64,000 nt of DNA from Utricularia gibba (GCA_002189035.1 NEEC01000009.1:2170001-2234000), one strand, 5' to 3'; positions 24,151 to 37,429 are shown, counted from the first letter of the stretch. The notes: a model not told the origin generated them from the letters alone. Made by a program: numbers and translations.

Positions 24151-25055
24151 TCAAGGAGCCGCGAATCTGGGAAAGGCTGGGGCTTCCTCGGCAGCCGGCT
24201 CAGGCTTCTTGGCTTCGTACGGCGCATTTCTGCATCCAAATGCATTTTCAGAACTTTCTCATAAATGGAGGGGCTGACTTCCAAGTTTCCAACAGATGAT
24301 ACCTTCGTGCTATCGCATTCAGATCTCAAACCATGAACAATAAAGATCCGTACATACTATGCATATTTTATGTTGTTAGTATAAGAAGAAACAATCTAAA
24401 AATTACATTAGTATAATTATAATTAATGAAACATATTTCTTATGTATATTATTGTGTATCTGATCCCTTGATTTCAACTCAACCAAATGAGTGACTGTTT
24501 ACCTCTTTTTTCTCTTCTCCAGAAAGCGAGCCAATGAATGCTTACTGGCGAAGGGCAACAGATCTGGTTCTGGGTACCGGAACAACAAAAGCGCACACAC
24601 ATACGCACTTCAATACCGGCAACTGGTTAAAAATGAAAACTAGAAACCGGCTAAAGGCGTTCTTCTTTCACAGCCGCTTACCATCACCGGAGATCAAACT
24701 CGGCGGCTGGTTTTGATGGCGCTGCTTCACGGGGAAACGCGACGGTGTGCTTGAGTAGCCGGCTAACTTCATGATCTCCTTTGCTTTTCCTGCGGGAAAA
24801 TCGTCGAACACAACAACTTTACCCGCGTAAAAAATAGTCATCTGACCGTTCTTAGACTCCGCCGCCCTTTGATCGCCGTCCCGGGCGGAGCTTCCAATCT
24901 TCGCCATCAAATCCAACGTCCCTGCTACCGACCCAAAAAGTTAGATAAAATTCAATTTCAACTCATGTGAACGCTGATATGAATAAGAAAGAAAGACCCC
25001 GAGTCTTCTCCGCCGTCCTGTATGAACTCAGGCCGGCCTTCTGGCTGGACTCCAT
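24151..25055 (-). CDS. JAZ: JAZ/TIFY repressor with a divergent Jas motif
   Basis: ZIM domain QMTIFYAGKVVVFDDFPAGKAKEIMKLA; Jas exon 24503-24563 DLLPFASKHSLARFLEKRKKR, ending at the conserved Jas intron; last exon ...NAPY. First exon and start codon are less certain. Confidence 0.9.
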
Positions 25056-25208
25056 TATCTCCGAGGGATCTGATGCAGGAGAGCACTGGGAAGAAGCAAC
25101 CAAATTATACAGTGAAATCCGAACAATGTACCGCATTATCGTTGCCTAATCATTTTATCGATTATTAAAATTAATTAATATTCCAGGCTTGACTGCAGCC
25201 CCCCGTTG

Positions 25209-25214
25209 AACGTG
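25209..25214. promoter_or_regulatory. T/G-box (AACGTG), candidate MYC2 site in the JAZ promoter
   Basis: AACGTG ~150 bp upstream of the JAZ ATG. It is a short motif supported only by context. Confidence 0.35.
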
Positions 25215-26064
25215 AAAGGTTAAAAGAGCACGAGCTCTATTATGTCCGTCGCGGCTGCTTCCGTGACCTCTTGGCCTACCATGATCTACATGGCTGCCAC
25301 GGCAATTAAAATATATAAATATTTCTATTTTTTTTAAGAAATAAAGTTTAATTGAACACCTAGTTGCTATTTAAATTCAGTAACACGGAGGAGTATGTTC
25401 ATTTTCAAGTTATAGGTTTCATCGAATCTAACATTAGAATAATATCTAAACGATATATACACATAAAATTATATGTTAAAATACTATAAAAATAGAAATT
25501 ATCAAGGGATCCATATGATAGTTATTAGAACAATCAATCATATATTAAAAAATAAAAGTAAACTCATCAAATATATAATAGATTATATATTATTAATAAT
25601 TAATTGAATCTAATTTTTTATAATATGATCTATATTTCATATGTATTTAGATTTCAGGAGTATTCATCCAATCAATTGGATCTTTAATTTCAACAATAGT
25701 TTCATAAAATTATCAAAGATGATTCGTTTTATCAATCGATCAATCAGATGTACGTGTAATTATTTCATTTCTTTGTAGTTAGTGAAGTAATTATAGTTGA
25801 AATATTTTGAATGATTTTATATAAATTTAATTAAATATTTATTTTCAATTTTTTTTTGTGAATAAAAAAAGTGGTTATGAATATTTTGAAAACTTATTTG
25901 CTATTTTTGTTCATTACTATAATTCATTACATAGCCGTTATAATCTAATAAAAAAAAAAAGCACGACATCTTCTTTGGTAGGAATGTCGGCGCCCTATCT
26001 ATATTATCTTATTCATCTGTCCGCCTCAGTTTTGCTGATACGCAACGGTGACCGACATGCGCAG

Positions 26065-27999
26065 TCAGCCCGACTGCGGAAGTCGGAGCCCCGGCTGGAA
26101 CGCGATGCCGGTGGAGGGCAGCCACTCGAGCCCGACGATGAAGTACTTGACTGAGTACGCCTCCGCCTGCTCGCGAGTAGTCAAGACGTGGTATCCGGGC
26201 CATTTAACCCGACCCTCCAGGGGGAGCCCGGCCCCGAATTCTTGTACTCCGCGTAGTAGAGTGTGTCCAGTGCGAACTTGCCGCTCCACTCGAGCCAACC
26301 GGCGGGCCTGATCGCCTCACTGATGTGTGATTCCATGATCACCGTTCTGGAGTACTCTTTCCAGGGCCGGCCGAGGTACGTCTCAACCGTGTCTAATGAA
26401 GCGAGTACCTGTGGGGAATACCCATTGGGAGACGTTTGAAATAGGATTTTTGTTATGGAAAATATACTGGAATTTTTGGAGTTGTACCTCGGGATCTGCG
26501 GTGATGTTGCAGAAATGGATGGAGAAGCCGGTGCTCTCAGCGGCTTGCTTACGGCCTTGTGCCGTGATGATGTTTTTCTGGTCGGGGAGAGGCTTCCGTG
26601 CGATCATAGTGCAGTCCTGGAAGACGGCGGTGGCGTCGCCGAAGATGAAGTCGATGGTGCCGGTGATTACACATTTTTTGTAGAACTGCCGCTGCGCGTG
26701 GGCGTAGAGTGTGTCCTGGTACCCCCTGAAGGCACACCGGTAGAGCACCGACAGATCGGAATCGGATCGGAACGCCACCGCTTGGTGCTTCTCTGGCCCA
26801 GCCGTGTTCTCGAAAGTAATGTCCCTTGCGATGAATCCCTCTCCGTTCACAGCTGCGCGCCAATAAATAATGGATATTTCCGGTAACCATACGGTGCATA
26901 GTTGGTAAATAGATCAATGATCGTTACCAAAAGTGGCTGATCGGAAAGTGGTCCATCCATCGGCGTAGCTGCGATTCCCGGTGATAACGGTTGCGTCGAT
27001 TCCGTCGCCGATCAGCATCATGTTCACCTTTTTCTTGGACATCTCAACGTACTCCTGATATACGCCTTTCTTGATGTAGATAACGTATCGACTGGGGGAA
27101 CAATCCGGGGCTGCGTCAATAGCCTCCTGGATAGTCTTATAGTCGCCGCTGCCGTCAGCCGCAACCACCGCGTTCGCGGTGATTTCAGCTCCTATTTCCT
27201 CTATATCCTCCGCCTGCAACCAGGCCAGCAATACCTTCTTCCCGCCGGCGCTAATCGTTCGGTTTCCGCCCCCCTGGCTGATCCCCTTGAAGGATTTACA
27301 GCTTCCCGAGCCACCAATCTTCCCATCTCCAGCAGGGCTCCCCGGCTCACTTCCTAAACGCCTCCCACCGCCGCCCACTTGTACGGCGGCGACGTGCTTA
27401 TCATGAATAGTCTTGACGTGCGTGAGGATTTCAAGAATGAACGAAGAAATTCTGTCCACGCGGGCAGCGACTATCTTCTTGAAAACAGGATCATGATCCT
27501 CCAACTCGAATCCCTGCAGACACGTCTCTTGATTCGCCAGAGCTGCACTCAGCCATGTCCTCATGTCCGCCACCACGTACCCCGTCGCGTTAGGACACCC
27601 TGCCCCACAAATCCATCTTCTGTAAGGAATGCCGTCATCCTGAGTAAAGTGATGCGAGAAGTTGAAAAGTTTACCGGTCGGAAAGCCTTCTCTCTCGAGG
27701 GTGAGGGAGAGGTGATCCAGAGTGGAGTCCATCAGCGCGACGCAGTCTCCGATCGCACGGCTGAGACGGGTTTCTCCCTGGTGGCGCTCGCTCTGGAGTT
27801 TGGACATCGTTGAGATCATATTGTGGATGATCCCCACCGTCGATTTCGCCACGAACGAGAGGTCCACATCAAACGATGCTAATCCATGGAACGATTTGGT
27901 TATCTGAAAGTGTTTGTGTGCCTCGTGGAGGCCAAGATGCGACCTGCAGCCGCTTATGAAACATAAAAGGAAAATAAAACACAAGATTTTCGAAGCCAT
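26065..27999 (-). CDS. PME: Type I pectin methylesterase (PMEI + PME), with an apparent 1-bp frameshift at ~26222
   Basis: Signal peptide [18 protein letters not shown]; AIGDCVAL; [16 protein letters not shown]; [10 protein letters not shown]; HQAVAFR; YQDTLY; DFIFGDA; [11 protein letters not shown]. Introns at 27600-27674, 26853-26927 and 26409-26487. After [11 protein letters not shown] the conserved RVKWPGY continues in another frame (G run 26220-26224). Confidence 0.9.
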
Positions 28000-28427
28000 T
28001 TTTTTTTCTGGGAAAAAGAACAAAATACAATTTTATTCGTTTTTTTATAAATCCAAAAATAAAAAAGAAAAAAAAACTATATAAAGAAAACTTTCTGCTG
28101 TGGAAATGAAGCCGGAAGGGGTCGTCATATTTATAGCAGAGATAGGGAAGGAGCCGTTAACAGACATTCTAAAATTAGGTGAATATAGTTACTAAAATTA
28201 GAATAGAAATCATCCATCCATCCATTTCCATACATTCTATTTAGGTCCATTAGCTCGACCCGACCAATGTCGGATCCACCGTAATCGAATTCGGGTCCAT
28301 ACCAATAAAAAAGGAAGGCCAATGGAGAGTTTTTCTTACATAACAACTTGGCAGAGTGTTGATTGGAGTTGCAGATGATGCGACAGCGGTGATTCCAGGT
28401 GATCGATGTCCTGGAGCAGCCCGGACA

Positions 28428-29995
28428 TCATTGAGCTTTGAGCTCCTCCTCAAACTGGAGCAGTCTCTTCTTCAGAGGCTGCAGGAACAGTTGCAGGTCA
28501 CCGATGACGCGCCGCTTGTCCTCCTCTGAACCCACATCTTTCTCTTCTGTCAGCTTCACTTCCATCTGTGTACATGCATCTCATGTTGGTGAGCTCGTTT
28601 GTGATCTTTGCAACTCGAGGAGCTCCGCGCGGGAGATGGAAGCTTTGATCGAAAGGAGATATGAGTTGGGCAGGGGAAGGAATACCTGTAAGTCATCCAG
28701 TTCGCCAAGTGAGAATTCGGGAACTTCGATGCGACCTTTCAGTTTCTTTTTCTCCCCTCCGATTTCCCATTCCCCTGAAGAGAACAATGAGGATGGAAGA
28801 CCATAATATAAAATGACGTTTGTACGGGAGGAGGCTGTTGAGGTTACCTTTCAATTTGATGGTTAACTCGTACGTGTAGCCAACGCGTTTTTTGTTTCTC
28901 ACGGTTACCAGAAAAGCCTGCAAGAGAAAGCACAATTCATCTTACTGATCAACATGATGATGATGATACACATGAAGTGAAGCGCAAAAAGGGGCAGACG
29001 GGGCACATATGGCACCCTTGTAAAGAAGGCATCGCCAGAGAGTCAGCAACGCAAAGGATGCTTGTGAAGAAACGGGACTCACATCTCCGGAGCATCTAGT
29101 GACTTCGTCAACTTCTGCTCTTCCGTTTGGAAATTCCAAGGACCCAACGGACATTACCAACTCCTGCAATATGAGGGACCATTGAGCTCCTTCCGAGGAA
29201 GCGTACCTTAGAAAAAAGACAATTCTTTCCAGAAGTGTAAGAAAACCCAAGTGGTTGCGAATGTGCCAAACACATGTAGTATCACTTGCTTTCTTCCAAT
29301 ACCCGCATACACATGGAAATGGCAACATATCCCCTTGAAGAAAAGGGATACGATAACTGAAAAGTGAGAAAAGCTAGCCAAGCATGACTACAGAGATGCT
29401 CTTAGGACTAAATTTCCCGCTACATGTCTCATCTCCATTTTTTTTGTTGAGTTTTCATGGAATTTCCTTGAAGGCTAGTATGATATTCTCCCATCTCAAA
29501 TATGAATCTAAAGAACAACACTCTATGAAAAAAATCAACTTAAATCACGGAAAAGATAAACGAGGCAGTGCCGCTGCAAAAAAGGCCAGCACAAACCTTG
29601 ATTCTGTTGCTGGACCATGTGTTAAGATTTTTTTCCTCCCACGTTCCAGCCTGCAAAAAAGTATTTGTTCCAGAGTAAATACACAAAAATAGACAACCCA
29701 TCCCAAGAGGCCACAAAAGAAAAATCTTTCTCCAAAATTTCTTCAAAAAACAAGAAACAGGACATCAGAAGGATCCGTCAGAATTGAAAAATAAACGAAA
29801 TCCACTTTCTCATACCCGATTCCAAGCGGAGCCTAAATGGGTTCCATTCGCCTGATTGCAAATATCCACGGGGTCAATCTTTCTGGGTACGAGTAATGGC
29901 GCGGCTTCAGAGGTCGTCTGTCGAACCCAGTACGTGTATGAAGCCGATTGCATCTTCTTCTCCGACGCTACAGCCGCCGCCGCACCGCCCTCCAT
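28428..29995 (-). CDS. Activator of Hsp90 ATPase N-terminal domain protein (Aha1-N only)
   Basis: SYTYWVR, GSAWNR/AGTWEEKNL, CSGD/AFLVTVRNKKRVGYTYEL, G.IEVPEFSLGELDDLQ, ending LLQFEEELKAQ*. Confidence 0.9.
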
Positions 29996-30071
29996 TTCCT
30001 CCACGCACAAATGCAAATCAGTGAAAGTTCAAAATGAATGGACGGAGACCAGCAACGCCCACCAAATGACA

Positions 30072-30086
30072 AGAAGTTTCCAGAAG
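30072..30086. promoter_or_regulatory. Perfect three-unit heat-shock element
   Basis: aGAAgtTTCcaGAAg (nGAAnnTTCnnGAAn), ~80 bp upstream of the Aha1-N ATG. This fits HSF control of an Hsp90 co-chaperone. Confidence 0.7.
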
Positions 30087-30668
30087 TTGAGGATTTGACT
30101 CTGACGGACAAGTAAAGAAGAACTCTCTGGAACCTTCATTTCCTTTCTAAAATGGACAGATGCAGGCGCCCAAACCCAGGCCCAAAATTTAGACCACAGG
30201 GGCCCAGCAGTTGCCACATCTACGGACCGATCAACCAATCAGGGGCTTCTAATTGGCCCATCCGTTTCATGGGCCATAATGCATATTGAATCACATCTGG
30301 ATAAAGGCCCATGATTCTAGACGGAGCCCATATGAGGCCCATAACCAGGTTGCTTATACGGGCTATACCTGCTGGGCCACTACCGACATATAAATGAGAC
30401 TGACCACATGGTGTTCGATCATTTGCTTCGAAAATAATTCTATTAAAAAAAACAGTTTTAAATTTCTGTTCTAGAAGGGTTATGCCTGCAACCAAATTTC
30501 CCAAGATCCTAAAAACGAAGACAGAAGTTGTGCGAAAGAGAACTCACGTTAGAGAAGCATAAGCGACAGTCACAGCAGCTCATACATTTTTTTTTTTTTT
30601 TGATCTTTTGGCAGAGCTCAAAACCTTTTCTGTGATGCGTTTATGGCAGAGCAGAGCATATGGGTGCC

Positions 30669-33600
30669 TCAGTTGATCTTGGGTTTCGGCTTTCTGGGCT
30701 TCAGGAGGAACCACCAGAGTGCAAAGGAAATGACGACGGCGGCCGGTAACAGTGTCATGTCTAAGTCAACCTCGACATGCCTCTGCATCGTGCAGTGAAT
30801 TGGATGCAGGCTTTCGATGGTCAAATCCACGTAGTCCGACAAACTGCAATACGAAGCATGTCCGCAGGTAATATATAAAACTTCGATGAGTATGAATGGA
30901 TAATACAGCATGATTCACAGGCTGACCTTTTCGATGCATCCTCTAGAGTGTGAAGCTGCCTCAGAGCGTCGACGTATCGTAGTTCTCCCATGATGCTGGA
31001 AATCTGAAAGAGAAATCATATGCAGCATGCACTCAGTGTCATTCTTCGTGAAACAAAGCTTTGGGAATTGACTTACTCTTCTCCACAGGCTAACAACATA
31101 ACGATGTTTGTTCAGCAGTTCACCCTCGTGGATCTTGAAGAACCAATAAGTTTGGTTACCTGCTCTTTGTTAAGGGCCTACAGCAAGAATTTTTGGTCCA
31201 AGACATCAAGAGAGAAAGCATGGATAAAGATTGAACCCCAAGTCAAAAAACCTGCCGATTCTGCATTTTTGCTAGTAGAAAACTAAAAGCTACGCACATG
31301 GGAATGCTTCATCACCCACAGGATAGAATATGATGAAGCATTTCTGTGAACGCTGCATAAAATCTTTCTGTCTAGCATTCCAACTCCACAACCAGCATCA
31401 TTTGCTATGAAAAAAAGGATACTTGTTTGTTCCATGACAAGACGGTGAATAGCCAAATTCACACGTTGTATAGATTCTTCGAGAGTTGTTATAATATAGC
31501 TCCTGGCTATCGTGTCATGATGGAACTGAGAGATCTTCCAGCCCTGGGAGGTGATGGAAAATGGGTTACAACCAGCTGACCATATCCATTCCTGTCACAA
31601 GCAAACAGGTAAAATTGAGTACATCTGCGCTTCAGTGATGTCCCAGTAATCCAAAAGCAAGCAGTAAAATAGTATCCTTCGACTGGTATATTACTGGTAT
31701 AAGAAATAAGAGGATATTTGATAGGAATGAATCTATTCCCATTCTCAGTTGTAAGAACTGAAGCATGTACAGATACATTCAATAACCCCAATAAGTATCG
31801 TTATGTGCTCAGCCTCTGAATAGCCTGCTCATGTTTTGTTTTTAGGTTTATTAGCTTAAAAAACGCAGAAGGTGCTACCATCAATATAATTAAATTCATG
31901 ACAGGTGACATATCGCAACCTCAATAGCAGTTTCATGAGCTTCACTGTAAGCCAGATGAAGAGGAAGGAACCCAGCAATATGCTCAGCTACAGCAGCCAG
32001 AGCAGCTTTAGTGGGCCTCCTGTGCATGAAAACTTTTAGTTCATTTGAGAATGCTTACTAATGAAATGAGACTATGCTGAAACTGATGTGAATGAAGAGT
32101 ATGTTGGAGTGAGCCGATCAATGAATGACTTGAAGAAACCTTTGCATGCACACCAGAACAACGCACACAAAAAATCTTCCCCGCTTGTGGAAACATGAAG
32201 GCCGTGAAGACAGAAAACCATATCGCCCAAAGAATGAGAGCACAGGAGTTTGTAATCACCAAGGAATTATATAAAAATGAGTTAAAAAAATTGACCTTAA
32301 ATCCCACAGAAGCGACTTGCCATTGCATTGCAGATGGCTTTCCCATGAGGACGGCTCAGACTGAGCAACAATAACCATATCAGAGAGGGCTTTCGCTTGA
32401 TAATGCTTGTCAATCAACAATGCATCACTGTGAATGAACCAAAAGATAGGAACCTCCAGGGTGGACCTGCCACTTGCATGTGAGCCTACATTATCAAGAA
32501 GGAAGCTTATATAACATTGCAAAGGTGCTCCTACTGTAACCATTTTGACGAACTAAAATTCTTACATCAGAATCCATACCTTTCAAAGAAGCATGCTCCT
32601 TCAGCTTCTGCATCTGATGTTGCAGAATAGCAGAATCAAGGTAAGAACGAACAGTTTTCCTGTAGGTTCCATTCACAAGTAACAAAGGTACAGCAGCTGC
32701 TCTCCGAGCCACGGAAAACGCCATAGCCAAAGCAGGGTCTTCAGACAATGGTAACCTAACATAATGCAGCTCAAAGAATTGAGCAAGATGATAACAGATT
32801 AAATACCAAAAATGCTGACAGGATGAATCAATGAGAACACCAGCCACTTAGAACCTGGCACATGACTGCACATATTAATTGAAAATGGAAAAGTTGCGCC
32901 TTCAAATATCAATAATGAGAACAGAAATTTGTATTCTGAATATTCATAAGCGGCAGAGGAAAAAATACTTATGAGAGACTCACAACTCTGTGCTGAACTG
33001 AACTTTCTGAGAAGGTAATACAAGAGAGCTCAACCCGTCTGTGAGACTCTTAAGATCAACAGGTAACTTCTTGACATGTCTTACTTTCTGCCAGATAAAG
33101 CAAGAGTTAGGTAAAAAAAAAATTGAAATTATTCGACAGTAATACATAAACATGCATCTTGGACCTCTTGCGTGATGAAAAACATCTGGAAAGAGATTTT
33201 TTCATAATAATGGAATGCACCATCGGCAAGAGAAGGCGAAATTATGTGCCTCAACGAACCCCACAGTGTCTCCCCAAGATGTGATAAAAATATATCACGT
33301 GCAACAGTATAATTCTGAGAGTCCTGCAAGATCAAAGGGTATTTAGCATACGGAATATACTTCCAGCCATAAAACTAGAAAAAAATAATGCAAGAACTAA
33401 GGTGGGTCTGTTTTGAAGGACAGACAAACCTCATAAGCATCACTAAATAAGTTCCATTCCTCCATGCGCTTCAATGCCTCAATAGCTTTTCTCTTATGCC
33501 TCTCCTCATATTGCTCACCCTCATACTGCTGGAGCTCACCTTTCAAATCTTGCATTCGTTCATCAAGCTCTGTTATATTGATTTTCCAGGAAAATGTGTT

Positions 33601-36600
33601 AGAATGAGGCAAATCACGTTATTGTCAACAGTTAAATTTCAAGAACTATGGTGGACAAAATGGAGACCATGGGATAATCACTTTAATTGTGGCCCATAGA
33701 CTACCTTCACATAGTGCAAGCTTGACTCTTCTTCCTTTGCAATGCTTAAAAGCAAAGAGCTCATATACATCAATTTCAGCAAGTAGGATATCAATGGCAT
33801 GATGATCGCTCTGGAGTGTAAAAAAATTTGGACACAGTGAATCAGGAACACGGCAATGCCCTCATACATCGGAGCAGTATAAGAAAAAAAATCCCATCCT
33901 AATATTTCTTTGGACGCCATTCAAAAAGAATAATAAAAAAACATACATCACCAAATACTGAGAACTTTTCCTGAATTGCATCCTGAAGTCTATCTTCTGC
34001 TTCATCTTCTGAAATTTCTGGACAGAGGAGCCACATTAGAAGGTACAATAAAAAAATAAATAGAATATACTCAGCAATAAGGATTCAGACACAGCAAACA
34101 ATGCTGCATGAGCAATTACCTGCAACGGCACCAATTGTTTTCTCTACGTTTGGAAGGCTTTTATCAGTACGTACTCCTCCACCAACAGAAGGGCCCCATG
34201 AAAAAGAGCCACCAGCAGTCAAATCAACAAAAGCCCACCTGGATGGCAAAAGTTAATAAAAAAACTTTTTCTTGAGTTCACGTATGTAATCTGAGGTAAT
34301 GACTGATCAAGCATTTAACTAAGTAGACACCTTTGATTCCCAATCCATGTATCAGTAAGGCAATCAGCATGGAATCCATCAAAGTTTCCAGATTTCAAAG
34401 ATGTCTCCACTAAGAGCTTCATGTCATCATTTTGGCTATTCAATATCTGAGGAGAAAAGAAACCCTAGAATGTAAGTTTGTGGCATATAATCACCATTAT
34501 AGTATTCAGCTAGATAGGACATGTGAATTCAGATAGTCAAACACAAATCAGTGATAGATATGCAGAAAATATACCTTCAAGATTTTGCTCTGTATTATAT
34601 CATCAATGCCCTTTCCTTGGTATAACTTTTCAACGTTTTTTAATGCATCGAAGCATCTATTATACCAATCAATCTGTCATGAGCAGATGAATAATATCAC
34701 TGTCGGCTTGTATTTTCCCTTTTTAACAAAGTAAAAAAATGTTCACATGATGAAATCCAAAAGGTTCAATTGATCGTCATCATATGAAAGACCACCAAAT
34801 TATCAGATGTTTTCCAATAGGAAAGCAACCATAAAACAAAATATGAGACTCTGCATGCAGGTACAATTTGACTATTTTAAAGAAATTACAAAATATATAA
34901 ATATTTGTGAAAGAAAACTTCAGGTATAGAAGAACCAAGATGACAAACCGTGTCGGTTTCATCAGTTACTGTCCAGGAAAACTTGGCCATTGGGTGCTTT
35001 TCATACAATGGTCTTTTGATATTATCCAGGTCTAGAAAAGAATAACGAGTACATAATAGAAAATGCATTTGGCAGAGTAAGGGAAAAATTTTGACAGCAT
35101 ATATGACATACCTAGAACACTGTCTGGAATATTTCCAGACTGCAGAATTTTTGTCTGCAAGGATTTATTCTGCATATACCAACATCTAAAGTTCAGATTA
35201 AATTTGACAGAAAGGGGAAGAGGAGTGGTGAAAAAAATTAAACAAGCACAAATAAGGAAAATATTACTCATCAGTTACATATTTTTAATGTACTATGAAA
35301 ACAACTTGTTGACTAGGCCAACATGAGACATACCTCGTGGAGAAATTTTATCTCGGATGAGGACAAACCTCGCCTGAAGCATACCTTAGAATTAGTTAAT
35401 CAAAAGGGAATTTCAAAAAAAAAAAAAAAGGAAACATAAATTTGTACATCCCCATCTTGAGATGAAATGGAATTAGTATATGAAATAGGCTTCACGGGTA
35501 AACAAAAGTATAATTGGCATACCAGAAACATTCAACAAGCAATTTTGAAGTAAACAGTATTTATCCAAACCCAGTCTCTTTGATAACGCTACACCAAAGC
35601 AATAAACAAAACAAATCTTCAAAATGGAAGCCAGGAAATCATCATTTACTCCCATTTATTTGAAATATGAAAGAGTACCAACAAAGAAGATAAAACTCTC
35701 ATGGAATTGTAAATTCAGTAGGTACATGCAATGCAAGCATTCTTGCAAGAAGAGAGAAGTTTTCCACCCTCAAAAATACCATGCAATGGAATGTTTCTGA
35801 AAGGCTTAAGGACCATCAAATTTGCGATGCTTCATGAACATATAATAAAATCAGCTATCACAATTAGGCATACCTATAACCATATGAACCCATTTTGGCA
35901 TCTCGCTTTGGGTTCAAGATGAATACATTGTAGGCATCTTCCAACTTCAGATAGTCTACAAGGCTACTGAAAAGAAAACTGATCATATCTACGTCAACTT
36001 GCCAATTTCCGTTTTCATCATCCCTTCAAAACCAAAAATTTACTAATGAGATGGGTTCACAAAAATTTTCCATGACCAGGATAGAGAGAAAAGTTCAACT
36101 CATATCAGGAAGCATCAACCAACCTGCTATTAGATATATCATCTTTACGACCAAGTATACTGATGGCACTTTCAAAAATGGATGTTACCTTCTCATCCAA
36201 TTGAATGGCATGCACTGAAAAACTTCAGATCATAGGAGGAGACGACAGTAGCCATTACAAGACAAGTGAGGGGTTAGAGGGCTCCTGAAATACGTACAAA
36301 ATGGAATGACAGAAAAAAAAAAACAGATAAGAACGTACTTGTAGTTTATGCGGCTGACAAGGGGCATATAAGTGTTTTGCCCATGATCTACACTAATCTT
36401 ATAAAATGGGGTAAGAGTTTCTCCAAGTTTAGGAATCCTAGTATGTTCAAATATATGATCGATTTTTGTGAACCAGCGCTCCAATTCATCAGCATTCAGC
36501 TTGAATTCTGAAGAAAAAGATAGCAATTAATAGTAGGTATCTAAAGTCCATAATTCAACAAGAGCTATACAAAGCTACGATTTAGAGGCATTCTTGCATA

Positions 36601-37429
36601 CCCTTGTTTCCCTTGCCTTCGAATCCAATAAATATGAAGTTTACAGGCACAGGGATATAGATTGAATCAACTTCCAACACGTTCAAAAAATTTGCAATGT
36701 TTCCTGAACTCCATAAGACAAGAAAACCTTCAGACCCTTAATAAGGTGATTCCATGTACTAATACGAGTTTTAGAATTACAGGTGGAAAGGCCGGTGTAA
36801 CTGCATAAGCAATGCCAGTGTAATGCTAAAACAAATGTGCCCCGAAATTTTTTCAAGATAAGTACCTGCCTTCGTATAGTTGATGACGCCTCCGCTACCC
36901 GGTTTAGTAGATTCCATGTCATCAAAACCTGAATGAAAAACACGTTCCAGTTACAACGTTTCACGTGCCTTAGCAGAAAAAAGGAACGGAAAATGAACCT
37001 ACCACTATGGAGTACTCTTTCACTCCAGAACCGACTTTTCTCCTTGAGATTAAACAAAGAAAATGCAGAAGCCGTCCTGTTTTTACGACTGGAAGATATA
37101 TCACCATTGGACACAGCCGCGAACAGCTGAAATCAGGGGCACGTCAACGAAGCTCCAAAAGACCCAGTCTCAAGAGGGCAATACCGTGCCACATTTTTTT
37201 CATAACTATAAGACGTTGAAACTTACAGTTTTACGTAAAGGGTAACAAACTACACATTTGATCAACAGAACTGCAAACTACAACTATGCTATGAGCAATG
37301 AAATTGCAGGGCAATACAGACACAGAAGCTTCAGACAAACACAATGGGAAGAGCATTGAAAAAAAAATCGGTACCCACCAACAGTTGGAGCAAGAGTAGC
37401 GATATGCGACAAACTCTGGGCGTTAACAT
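30669..37429 (-). CDS. Large multi-exon conserved plant protein of unknown function (signal peptide, C-terminal TM, ends KPKIN)
   Basis: MLTPRVCRISLLLLQLL/LFAAVS signal; SAFSLFNLKEKSRFWSE; ELERWFTKIDHIFEHTRIP; WAFVDLTAGSFSWGPSVGGGGVRT; LSEDPALAMAFSVARRAAAVPLLLVNGTYRKTVRSYLDS; SLHPIHCTMQR; LKPRKPKPKIN*. It resembles Arabidopsis At5g58100 as recalled. Not every exon was checked. Confidence 0.88.
31160..31422 (-). other. U12-type (minor spliceosome) GT-AG intron
   Basis: Donor GTATCCTTT, branch site CCCTTAAC ~10 nt before CAG. The flanking exons join in frame as EQT-S-NQTYWFF. Confidence 0.85.

Noticed and set aside
25385-25395. Stowaway-like terminal repeat ACGGAGGAGTA
   Set aside because: One base short of the consensus and no matching left TIR found.
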